A stretch of 50,536 nt of DNA from the IMG/VR virus record IMGVR_UViG_3300048562_000008. The stretch is one strand, 5' to 3'. The position numbers were made by a program, and so were the translations under genes. The stretch's first letter is position 1. Every line of letters starts with the position of its first letter. Under the pieces are notes generated by a model. It saw only the letters and a list, made by a program, of their open reading frames with translations, did not search any database and was not told where the DNA came from. Shown piece after piece: positions 39,114-47,073 of this stretch. Source of the DNA: a virus.

Positions 39114-40498
39114 CAGTAGTCCGTCTCGTCCGACTCGTCGTAGGCGCGGAGGCTTACACGCCCTTCGTCGCCCTCGACTCGCTCTGTCAGCATCGACTCG
39201 CCCCACGGCGGGGTGTTGCGGAGCTTGTCGGGCTGCACCCACTGCCGCCCCGTCTCGTATTCTTCGGTACCCTTGCCGCTGGGGTGGGGCCGGGTCTTGG
39301 TCTGCTGCCGAACGCTCAGGTTGAGATCGGCAGCCGCCGGAAGGGCCGTCGACCCACGCGCACCGCCATGCTTGGCTAGGTGGTGGATCATAATGACGGT
39401 CGTATCCAGCTCTCGCGCGATGGGGTAGATCCCGCCGTTCATCAGGGGGTTCATGTCCTCCGCGCTGTTCTCGTTCTTGAAGTGCATGCGGCTGATCGAG
39501 TCGAGGATCAGCAGCCGGGGCCGCACGATCTCGCAGTACTCAAACAGCAGCTCAGGATGGGCGTCGAGACGCACGCCCTGGTACCACAGGTAGTGGATGT
39601 TGTCGGACACCTCGGTCTGACCCTCCTGCATACCCAGCAGGGTCAGCCGCCTGCGCGCGGTAACCTGGGGATTTTCTTGGTCTACGATGACCACCGGGCC
39701 GTGATCCAGCACCGGCATGCCCAGCCACGCGTCCCGCAGCCCGGCCACGCAGAGCGCGAGGTCGAGCGTGAGCCAGGACTTGCCGACACCCGGGTCGCCC
39801 GCCACCATGACCACGTCGCCCTTGGCGATCAGGTCGGTCACGAGCCAGTCGTACTCGGGCACCGGCCCCGCGAGGTCGAGCCGCTGGAACGGCAGCTTGA
39901 CATCGAGGGCCTGGTCGAGCAGCACCCTGAACGCGGGCCACCCGTACCGGGAGAAGAAGTCGCACACGTCGTTGACACCCTGCGGGAGGAAGACGCGCCG
40001 CACTCGGTTCGCGCCGAGGCTGGCCTTGATCTTCTTGAACCCGCGGTCGCCGCTCTCCGCTGCGTTCGCGTTCTCGTACGGGTCGTCGTTGTCCATGATG
40101 ACGAAGATGATCTCCGCGTCAGCGAAGTCATCCGCGAAGTGGGGCTTCCAGGACTCGGTGCCCGGCAGGCCTCGTACGAGCTGCTTGACCGCAGCCGGTG
40201 CGTGCTGCCAGAGGCACATCGTGTCCGTCTCGCCCTCCACCAGGAGCATCTTCTTCCCCCCGGCCGCGCCGGGCGGGGTGAACATTGCTTGACCGTGCTT
40301 GTCGGGCGGGTCCCACCAAAACTCGCGGCCCTCCTTCTCCAGCCCCTTCCGGTACTTGGTCGCCCCCGGGTACGGCATCTTGATGATTGGCAGGTCGTCA
40401 CGGACGCCGTCCTGCTCGATGCTGAACGCGGAGAGCGTCTCCGCGGTGATGCCACGACGGTCGAGGAACCACCTAGCGACGTTCGGATTTACTGCCAT
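39113..40498 (-). CDS. bifunctional primase (TOPRIM) / RecA-fold replicative helicase
   Basis: TOPRIM motifs LLVEGETDTMCL and IFVIMDNDDP. Walker A GDPGVGKSW. Walker B LLILDSISR. Confidence 0.85.
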   Translation of the reverse strand: MAVNPNVARWFLDRRGITAETLSAFSIEQDGVRDDLPIIKMPYPGATKYRKGLEKEGREFWWDPPDKHGQAMFTPPGAAGGKKMLLVEGETDTMCLWQHAPAAVKQLVRGLPGTESWKPHFADDFADAEIIFVIMDNDDPYENANAAESGDRGFKKIKASLGANRVRRVFLPQGVNDVCDFFSRYGWPAFRVLLDQALDVKLPFQRLDLAGPVPEYDWLVTDLIAKGDVVMVAGDPGVGKSWLTLDLALCVAGLRDAWLGMPVLDHGPVVIVDQENPQVTARRRLTLLGMQEGQTEVSDNIHYLWYQGVRLDAHPELLFEYCEIVRPRLLILDSISRMHFKNENSAEDMNPLMNGGIYPIARELDTTVIMIHHLAKHGGARGSTALPAAADLNLSVRQQTKTRPHPSGKGTEEYETGRQWVQPDKLRNTPPWGESMLTERVEGDEGRVSLRAYDESDETDY

Positions 40499-40507
40499 AT
40501 CACCTCC

Positions 40508-41056
40508 CTAGTTGTAGGCGACGTACAGCCACTCGCTCCTGAACCTGGCCCACGCCTTGTCGGACGACCACGGCTTGATCGGCTCCCGGTACGACAGCAG
40601 GGCCGGGAACTCCCCGAACTCGGGGTGCATGAGGTCGCGGGCCTCCGCGGCTAGCAGGGCGTTGTCGATGGCGTGGACGATGGGCGGGAACGGGTAGATC
40701 AGGTCGTACCGCTCGCTGATCGCGGCCTGTAGTCCGTCCTCGATGTCCCGGTAGCCGTCACCGAATCCCGCCGCGTGCTTCACCGGCCGGGCGATGTCGC
40801 TGAGGTACGCCTCGCTGGCATCGTGCAACAGCACTGTGCGCAGTAGCTGCGTGTCGTCGTACTCGCCCCCCAGCGTGTACGCCAGGTCGAGGCAGCGCAC
40901 GCTGTGCTCCGCCACGCTGTAGAAGTACTTGACGTGTCCGGTGAAGCGGCACTGGTTGCTCAGGCTGTGCGCGATGTCGTTGATGTCGAGCAGCGCCGGG
41001 TCGGGATTGATCGGGTCGAAGCGCGTCCCGCCGAACGTGATGATCGAGCTGCTCAC
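40508..41056 (-). CDS. HD-domain phosphohydrolase
   Basis: AEHSVRC...LLHDASEAYLSDI motif (H...HD...D). Confidence 0.8.
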   Translation of the reverse strand: MSSSIITFGGTRFDPINPDPALLDINDIAHSLSNQCRFTGHVKYFYSVAEHSVRCLDLAYTLGGEYDDTQLLRTVLLHDASEAYLSDIARPVKHAAGFGDGYRDIEDGLQAAISERYDLIYPFPPIVHAIDNALLAAEARDLMHPEFGEFPALLSYREPIKPWSSDKAWARFRSEWLYVAYN

Positions 41057-41520
41057 TGCCGCAGCCCGGGTGGACGGTACGACAGCGACGGCTGCGGGAA
41101 GTCCGGCACCTTGACGCTGTACTCTGGCTCCTCCAGGGACTCCAGGAACTCGTCGCCGCTATCGTAGATGCCGTTTTCCAGGTCGAACATGAGGCGGTCG
41201 AGCACGTACTCCGCGGCGTTGATATTGAAGAACACCGCAGCCGCGTGATCCTCGTCCCGCTCGCCGTTGAGCCACTGCTCGAAGTGCCGGGCCGCGGAGT
41301 CCTTGAACCGCTCCAGCTCCTCCTCGGAGTTGGCGAGCGTCCAGTTGTCCCGCCCGTACTTGACCGCGCCCTTCGTGAGGTGGATCGCCCACCGCATGAA
41401 CATCGGGCCGCTGCGGATCAGGCGCACCATGGGCTTGTCGTCCTGCACGTCACGCACCATACCGGACGCGAACTCCTGGCGCTGGCCGCTGTCCTTGACG
41501 ATGAACTGGTCAGAGTTCAT
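41053..41520 (-). CDS. putative dNTP pyrophosphohydrolase-like protein (155 aa)
   Basis: The pattern KYGRDNW...ARHFEQW...DEDHAAAVFFN resembles phage dATP/dGTP diphosphohydrolase domains, recalled from memory. The track ORF is trimmed to MNSDQF. Confidence 0.5.
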   Translation of the reverse strand: MNSDQFIVKDSGQRQEFASGMVRDVQDDKPMVRLIRSGPMFMRWAIHLTKGAVKYGRDNWTLANSEEELERFKDSAARHFEQWLNGERDEDHAAAVFFNINAAEYVLDRLMFDLENGIYDSGDEFLESLEEPEYSVKVPDFPQPSLSYRPPGLRQ

Positions 41521-41725
41521 CGCGGAAGTCCTGCTCCACGTCGGCCACCGTGAAGCGGTCGAGGCCGATAGCAAAACCGCGGTTAGTGCGCATGATCGCG
41601 TCCTCAACCGCGGTAATGGCGATTGAGAACTCTCGCGCTGCGGGACTGCGGCCGGTGTCCTCCCGGATGTTCTCCAGCGCCGTCAGGGCCTGCTTGAGGA
41701 TGCTTACTACTGTCGGTAGGGCCAT
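41510..41725 (-). CDS. hypothetical protein (71 aa)
   Basis: Track ORF with high GC3 that overlaps the next gene by 11 nt. Confidence 0.55.
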   Translation of the reverse strand: MALPTVVSILKQALTALENIREDTGRSPAAREFSIAITAVEDAIMRTNRGFAIGLDRFTVADVEQDFRDEL

Positions 41726-41733
41726 GGTGCCTC

Positions 41734-42498
41734 CTAGAATGGGATGTGGTTGCCGTACGTCTGCTTCTCGGCCATGTTATAGACGCCGACCTCGTGGTCG
41801 ACGCCGATGGGCACGACCGACTGAATCGGGTCACCCGCCTTCGCCATGAGGAAGGGCACCATCTCGTTCAGCCGCGCCAGCTCCTGCGGCGGACCCTCCC
41901 ACACGATCTCGTCGTGGACGACCGACAGCATCTTGCTCTCGATCTCCTCGGCCTCAGCCCACACCTCGCAGAGGAGGAGTGCGCGCTTCATCAGGTGAGC
42001 CGCGCTGCCCTGGATCAGTTTGTTCAACAGCTTGTGCTCGCCGTACGCCTCCGGGTGAAGGTGTCGCCCCCACGGGGTGCGCACGAAGCCCCGCGAACTT
42101 GCAGTACGCGCCACGCCATCCTGGAGTGTGCGTACGATGGGAAGGCCTCGATGGAACTTGCTGACCATCGCCTTGGCCTTGGCCTGATCGACGCCGAACT
42201 GCTCCTGAATAGTGCGCACGCCCCCGCCGTACATCAGCGAGAGGAACATGATCTTGCCCTCCTGCCGCTGCTCGGGAGTGATCTTGTCGCCGTAGACCGA
42301 CACCAGGATGGCGGTGTACGGATCGAGGCCGTCGATCATGCGCTGCGCGAGGTCCTTGTCGCCCTTGAGGGACGCGAAGTATGCGAGGATGCGCGGCTCG
42401 ATCTGCTGATAGTCGAAGAATGAGAAGACACACCCGTCCCGGGGGACGAAGGCGGTCTTCACCACCTTGTCGTCCCTCGGGATGTTCTGGAAGTTGAT
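41734..42498 (-). CDS. family-A DNA polymerase, C-terminal fragment (palm and fingers, motifs A, B and C)
   Basis: In-frame INFQNIPRDD begins directly after the TAG of the upstream ORF. Motif A FFDYQQIEPRILA. Motif B RQEGKIMFLSLMYGGG. Motif C VVHDEIVWE. The first canonical start is a GTG at 42465, downstream of NFQNIP. Confidence 0.8.
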   Translation of the reverse strand: MNFQNIPRDDKVVKTAFVPRDGCVFSFFDYQQIEPRILAYFASLKGDKDLAQRMIDGLDPYTAILVSVYGDKITPEQRQEGKIMFLSLMYGGGVRTIQEQFGVDQAKAKAMVSKFHRGLPIVRTLQDGVARTASSRGFVRTPWGRHLHPEAYGEHKLLNKLIQGSAAHLMKRALLLCEVWAEAEEIESKMLSVVHDEIVWEGPPQELARLNEMVPFLMAKAGDPIQSVVPIGVDHEVGVYNMAEKQTYGNHIPF

Positions 42499-42816
42499 CT
42501 AAACCAGCTCCTTCCACCGCCGAACCTTGAGCGAATGCTCTCCCAGGTAGGGCGCAAGGAGTTCGAGCACGAGGCCCGCCTCCTCATGGTAGGCTGCCCA
42601 CCGCCAGCGCAGTCGGCCCGACCCGGAGCCGTACGGCCCGTAGGTCTTGCCGAGAAGCACCGCGCGGTGGAAGCGGTTGATGAGTTCCGGCGCGTCGGTC
42701 TGATCGAGGGAGCAGGCGAGCCGGGGCACCTTCGTCTTGGTGCTGTGCCGGAACACGGAGCCTTCGCCCTCGAAGAACCCCGCCGCCCACGCCTCCTCCA
42801 GCTCCGTCTCGTTCAC
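42499..42816 (-). CDS. LAGLIDADG-like homing endonuclease (single motif, 105 aa)
   Basis: Motif AWAAGFFEGEGSV. The GTG start lies in a GTGA overlap with the upstream ORF. The stop abuts the polymerase C-terminal fragment. Confidence 0.55.
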   Translation of the reverse strand: MNETELEEAWAAGFFEGEGSVFRHSTKTKVPRLACSLDQTDAPELINRFHRAVLLGKTYGPYGSGSGRLRWRWAAYHEEAGLVLELLAPYLGEHSLKVRRWKELV

Positions 42817-43001
42817 TTCGCCGCGCCGACGCCCACGCGGGCACCGGCGGCGGTCAGGGCGAGCGCGACGGTACCGCGCCAGTCGTCGGGGGTGCCAACC
42901 ACCCCGGCGAGCCAGTAGTAGACGCCGAACACGAGTAGCATCGCAGCCGCGATGGCAAGCGACACCAGGATCGCGCCAAGTAGTGTGAGTTGCTTGAGCA
43001 T
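42813..43001 (-). CDS. small membrane protein (62 aa)
   Basis: Two hydrophobic segments (LTLLGAILVSLAIAAAMLLVFGVYYWLAGVV). Track ORF. Confidence 0.5.
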   Translation of the reverse strand: MLKQLTLLGAILVSLAIAAAMLLVFGVYYWLAGVVGTPDDWRGTVALALTAAGARVGVGAAK

Positions 43002-43010
43002 GAAGCCCTC

Positions 43011-43634
43011 CTAGATGTAGACGTACGTGAATGGGTCGGGCCTCAGCGCGTAGCTGAGGTCGACCGCGGACGCATTGACAATGGTGCTCCACCCGGTCGC
43101 GTAGATGCCGCGGGCCTCGTGGATGTGCCCCGTCACGGTAAGCGCGGGCTTGATCTCCCGAATACGCGTGGTGAGCGAGGGCGACCCCGCGTGGTACCCG
43201 TTCTGGCACTCGTCTCCGTAGCCCTTCGGCGGGCCGTGCGCGATGACGATGTCGGCGTACGGGTCGATGTCCACGAACGTGCGGTTGAGGTCCTCCTCGT
43301 CCCGCATGAAGGCCCACTTACCGAACCGGCCGGACAGCGGGGTGCCCCACATCGCGAGGCCACCGTACTGCGTGGAGCTGTTGTCGAGGTACGTCCACGG
43401 GAGGTCGAACCGGAACTTCTCCAGCGCGAAGTCGTGGTTCCCGGCGACGCCCACCTTGAAGTGCGCGGGCTGGCGCTCCAGCCATTCCTTGAACTCGGTG
43501 GAGAGCCAGAGGCTCTGCCGGTCGAGTCCGTGGTCGACCACGGGGCAGATGTCGCCCGCGATGATGAGCACGTCCACCACGTCGGGCAGCTCGGGCAGGA
43601 ACCCGTGCAGGTCGCTGATGATTGCAACCTTCAT
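43011..43634 (-). CDS. calcineurin-like metallophosphoesterase (207 aa)
   Basis: Motifs ISDLHG, IAGDI, AGNHDF, AHGPP and TGHIHE. Confidence 0.8.
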   Translation of the reverse strand: MKVAIISDLHGFLPELPDVVDVLIIAGDICPVVDHGLDRQSLWLSTEFKEWLERQPAHFKVGVAGNHDFALEKFRFDLPWTYLDNSSTQYGGLAMWGTPLSGRFGKWAFMRDEEDLNRTFVDIDPYADIVIAHGPPKGYGDECQNGYHAGSPSLTTRIREIKPALTVTGHIHEARGIYATGWSTIVNASAVDLSYALRPDPFTYVYI

Positions 43635-43724
43635 GGCTTACTCTCTGTGTAGGGCCACGGCCAGTCGTAGTGCTGGTCGTCCCACCACTGGTTATCCAGC
43701 CAGGCGATCCAGCGACGATATAGG

Positions 43725-44768
43725 CTACGCATTGGCGCTCCCTGATGACATCCGACCAGTCCGCGCCCCTGTTACGTTGAACCAGGGATGCACCGTGGCA
43801 TCGACCTGCTCCGCGAGGAGCGACGTGAGGTACGTGGAGTGCAGCTTGGCGTCGTGCCGGTAGTCGAGCAGCTTGACCGCCAGCTCGTCGTCCAGCGTCT
43901 CCAGGGTCTTGGCCTGCGTGTCGGCCAGCTCCAGGCCCCGGGCGGCGAACGCCTCCTTGACCTGCTTCGGGCTGTTCGGGTTGAACTCCGGGTTTCCCAG
44001 CAGCTTGACGATCCCCTGCCACTTCTCCATGACCTGCACGCCGTACTGCTCGGTCGTGCGTTCGAGGTACGGCATGTCCAGCTTGAAGCCCCGCGCCTCC
44101 ATGCGCCGCAGCGTCTCGCTGACGCGGATCTCCTCGTCGTACACGTCCGCGACCTTCGGGTCGTGATCGATCATGCGGTCAAGCACCGGCCGCAGCTTGT
44201 CGTACAGCCGCAGCGTGATCTCGGTGTCCATCATGGCGTACGGAATGATGACCTCGCGCGGGAGATGGTAGTACCCGTCGTCCTTGGTCAGGCCGTACGC
44301 CTTGCGCACCTTCTTGAGCCGCTCGTCCTCGTTCGTCTCCAGCCCTAGCTGGGTCTTGGCGAGGATCTTGAGCGCCTTGCGCTCGTTCTCGTTGATGAGG
44401 TTGAAGATCGTCTGCGTGTCCTCAATGCGGAACCCGCCGTCGGGGAGCATGCCGTCCAGCTCCAGCTTCTGTAGGTCGAACTTCGCGTTGTGGAACACGA
44501 GCACGTCGGCCGTGGACAGCAGCGTCTTGATGCGTACCCTGCGGGCCTCGGCACCGGGGTTCGCCTCGTCGGTGTCGAAGTACGCGCTGCGCACCGTGGT
44601 CGACTCGGGGTCGGGGTGCCAGCTCACGGTGACGCAGAACGGCCGGTCGTGGAAGGCGAGGCCGGAAGTCTCGGTGTCCACCGCGAGCACCTTCGGGCGG
44701 TCGTCCTCAAGCTGGCGCATGAAGTGGTCCATCCACTCGCTCCAGCGGTGCCTCTTGATTCTCGGCAT
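43725..44768 (-). CDS. family-A DNA polymerase, N-terminal fragment (3'-5' exonuclease plus the N-terminal polymerase part)
   Basis: Exo I LAVDTETSGL. Exo II FHNAKFDLQKL. The fragment ends ...NVTGARTGRMSSGSANA*, exactly where PN(L/F)QNIP should follow. Confidence 0.85.
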   Translation of the reverse strand: MPRIKRHRWSEWMDHFMRQLEDDRPKVLAVDTETSGLAFHDRPFCVTVSWHPDPESTTVRSAYFDTDEANPGAEARRVRIKTLLSTADVLVFHNAKFDLQKLELDGMLPDGGFRIEDTQTIFNLINENERKALKILAKTQLGLETNEDERLKKVRKAYGLTKDDGYYHLPREVIIPYAMMDTEITLRLYDKLRPVLDRMIDHDPKVADVYDEEIRVSETLRRMEARGFKLDMPYLERTTEQYGVQVMEKWQGIVKLLGNPEFNPNSPKQVKEAFAARGLELADTQAKTLETLDDELAVKLLDYRHDAKLHSTYLTSLLAEQVDATVHPWFNVTGARTGRMSSGSANA

Positions 44769-45175
44769 GTCTCACCTCCTAGTTGAAAGATTAGGGAAGC
44801 ACCACCCTCCCGCACAAGGCGCAGGCCGATGGCCTTATCTGGCGGTGCTTCCGTGCCCGGGTGAGCCGGGACTTGGTCGGCGTTACCACGCAGCGAGGGT
44901 ACCGCCCTGCCACGCCCTAATCCGTTGGCCCGGCCCGCGTTGCGGGTACCCGTGATCTACTGCGCTTGAGGCATCGCTTCCGTATCCGACGAGGGACACC
45001 CCTCACCTACCGATCCCGCCGCGCGGGCAACCGTAGTCGGTACCACGGATGGCTCCGTCGAGCCAGTTCTAGCCTGCGCCCGCTACGGTCGGTCGAGGTT
45101 CGGGACGATTGTCTCGGGCTTGAAGATCACCCGGTACCGCGTGGTTGACACGGCGATGGGGTCGATCTGCTCGAC

Positions 45176-45757
45176 TCATACGCCCTCCTCTAGGATGTCA
45201 TCAAGAACGCTCTCGGTGTCGAGGTCGCCCGGGTTCACCCCGAACAGCTCCGCGATCTGCGTGAGGGTCGGGGTCTTGTTGTCGAGCGCCGCCACGGCGA
45301 GCGCCTTGACGGCCTTCTTCTTGGCGGGCAGCCCGCCTGCGGCCGTCTTGGCCTTCTTGTTGACGGCCTCGCGCTTCTCGGCGTCCCACAGGTACAGGCC
45401 CACGCCCGCCTGGTGCCACGCCTTCTTGATGGCCTCGGCCAGCGCGGTCTTGACCGCCATGTCCGGGTCCTTGTTGGTCATCGCGCCCACGCCGTACAGC
45501 GTCTTGGTGACGCCGTCGATCTGCGCCTCGATGAACAGCTCGCACTCCGCGAAGAACGGACCGCCCTGGGACTGCGGCGGGGTGATCTTCGACCGCGACG
45601 GGGGCATGACGCTCCAGTCCGGGCCGAGGACGGCGTTCACGCGGTTGATGGTCGCGCTGATGTCGATGTACGTGAGCTGCGTCCCGCCCTGCGAGCGGTT
45701 CTTGTGCTCGCCGGGGGCGAACTCAGCCTGGAGCTGGTCGAGCTGGGTGTCGGTCAT
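45176..45757 (-). CDS. Rad52-like single-strand annealing protein
   Basis: The pattern TYIDISATINRVNAVLGPDW...LYGVG...AEAIKKAWHQAGVGLYLW is typical of Rad52/Sak-type annealases, recalled from memory. It neighbours the exonuclease. Confidence 0.6.
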   Translation of the reverse strand: MTDTQLDQLQAEFAPGEHKNRSQGGTQLTYIDISATINRVNAVLGPDWSVMPPSRSKITPPQSQGGPFFAECELFIEAQIDGVTKTLYGVGAMTNKDPDMAVKTALAEAIKKAWHQAGVGLYLWDAEKREAVNKKAKTAAGGLPAKKKAVKALAVAALDNKTPTLTQIAELFGVNPGDLDTESVLDDILEEGV

Positions 45758-45786
45758 GCGACCTCCTCGTAGCTTGTCCTTGTCAC

Positions 45787-45816
45787 AGTATATCGCGCGA
45801 AGCCCCTGTTTGTCAA
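45787..45816 (-). promoter_or_regulatory. sigma70-type promoter (TTGACA-18-TATACT)
   Basis: The minus strand reads gcccTTGACAaacaggggcttcgcgcgaTATACT, about 30 nt upstream of the annealase ATG. Confidence 0.75.
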
Positions 45817-45992
45817 GGGCGGCGCGGAATGGGGCACACGTCGATGCTGCGCTTGAGGCGCGGCCCCGCGCGGAACACTACCCGCGTGTCCGCCGGACAG
45901 CCCGGCCCCACGGTCGGGTGCGCCTTGAGCGCCGTGGGCTTGCCGCCCGCGCCGGTGAGCAGCACGAGCGACACCGCCACGACGCAGATCAC
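45813..45992 (-). CDS. micro-ORF (59 aa) with an N-terminal hydrophobic segment (VICVVAVSLVLLTGAGG...)
   Basis: GTGA overlap with the exonuclease stop. Very high GC3. The stop TGA lies inside the promoter -35 element. Confidence 0.45.
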   Translation of the reverse strand: MICVVAVSLVLLTGAGGKPTALKAHPTVGPGCPADTRVVFRAGPRLKRSIDVCPIPRRP

Positions 45993-46900
45993 GGCGCGTA
46001 CCCGGGCTGCACGGTCGGCTCGATGTCCTCGTACCCCGTACGCGGGATGTACGTGCCATCGAAGTCGTACGTGCCGATCTTGGTCTGCCCGACGTTGTTG
46101 CAGTCGCACAGCTCGTCGGGGAACGGGCAGAACGCTGCGGTCCAATGAGGCACAAGCCTCACCTCCGACGTACCGGATGCCCTATCCGCGAAAAGCCGCT
46201 GCTCCCGCTCGTCCACGGGGGCCAGCTCGGGCGTGATCCAGAACCCGAACTCGTCCGGCTCGGGCGCGGTCGGGCGCTCGGGCAGTGACTCCAGGTACTT
46301 CGTCACGCTCTTGCCGCGCCCCTTCATCAGCGCGTTCAGCTCCCGAACGGGAGTGGGGGCGAAGTCCACCAGGATAGGCTGGACATCACGACCGCTGACT
46401 CCGTTCTTCGGAAGGTAATAGACGCCGATCTTCTTTGCGAGGGGCAGACCCATCTTGCGGAGCGCGTGCCAGTAGCTCGACGCCTGCAGGATGTGCTCAT
46501 CCTTCGCTCCCTTCTGTTCGATGAAGCGGATGCCCTCGCCCTTCGTGGTCTTTACGTCCACAAGCACCCACGCCTTGAGCTGCGGGTTCCAGGCCACGAT
46601 GTCGGCCGTGCCAGCCCAGCCCGGCGGGAGCCAGGGGTCGAGCTTGACTTCGAGCATGACCGGAAGCCCCAGTCGGGTTAGCGTGTCCCCGATCCACTGG
46701 TGCCATAGCGTGCCCGTCATCAGCGTAACCTCGCTGGTCAGGGGGTTCCGGTTCTCGGGCGCACCGGCCGCGTTGAGCTGCGCGTGACGCAGCGGCCCCG
46801 CGAGGTGCGTCGAGGGGTGAAGCTTGTCGTCGGGAGCGCGGCGCGCCCCCTCCAGCTCGGCATGGATGATCTCCGTCAGGTCGAACGGTAGAAGATCCAT
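45989..46900 (-). CDS. PD-(D/E)XK exonuclease (Cas4/RecB-like) with a C-terminal Cys cluster
   Basis: GTADIVAW...VLVDVKTTK (D...D-x-K) and CPFPDELCDC. The track ORF is trimmed to MDLLPFDL. Confidence 0.7.
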   Translation of the reverse strand: MDLLPFDLTEIIHAELEGARRAPDDKLHPSTHLAGPLRHAQLNAAGAPENRNPLTSEVTLMTGTLWHQWIGDTLTRLGLPVMLEVKLDPWLPPGWAGTADIVAWNPQLKAWVLVDVKTTKGEGIRFIEQKGAKDEHILQASSYWHALRKMGLPLAKKIGVYYLPKNGVSGRDVQPILVDFAPTPVRELNALMKGRGKSVTKYLESLPERPTAPEPDEFGFWITPELAPVDEREQRLFADRASGTSEVRLVPHWTAAFCPFPDELCDCNNVGQTKIGTYDFDGTYIPRTGYEDIEPTVQPGYAP

Positions 46901-47073
46901 CAGGCGCGGCACCCACTCGGAGCAGGCACACGGGCCAGGAACCTCTCGCCCTTGGCGTTGACGCGAGTGACCTGGATCTCGGTTCGTCCACACACGACCG
47001 CCCCGGTCTTGACCCAGCCGTGGCCCTTGCGGCCCGGCAGCGGCGTACCGCAGCACGTGCAGAGGCGCGGCAT
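46900..47073 (-). CDS. micro-ORF (57 aa), Cys-rich (MPRLCTCCGTPLPGRKGHGW...)
   Basis: TGATG overlaps at both ends. Below the track cutoff. High GC3. Confidence 0.5.
   Translation of the reverse strand: MPRLCTCCGTPLPGRKGHGWVKTGAVVCGRTEIQVTRVNAKGERFLARVPAPSGCRA

Noticed and set aside
42499-43724. Classic self-splicing group I intron as the sole explanation for the interrupted polymerase.
   Set aside because: The boundary nucleotides fit: a U before the 5' site and a G at the 3' end. But about 1,130 of the 1,226 nt are occupied by three ORFs, which leaves too little room for a P3-P9 core. I kept it only as one alternative within the split-polymerase finding.
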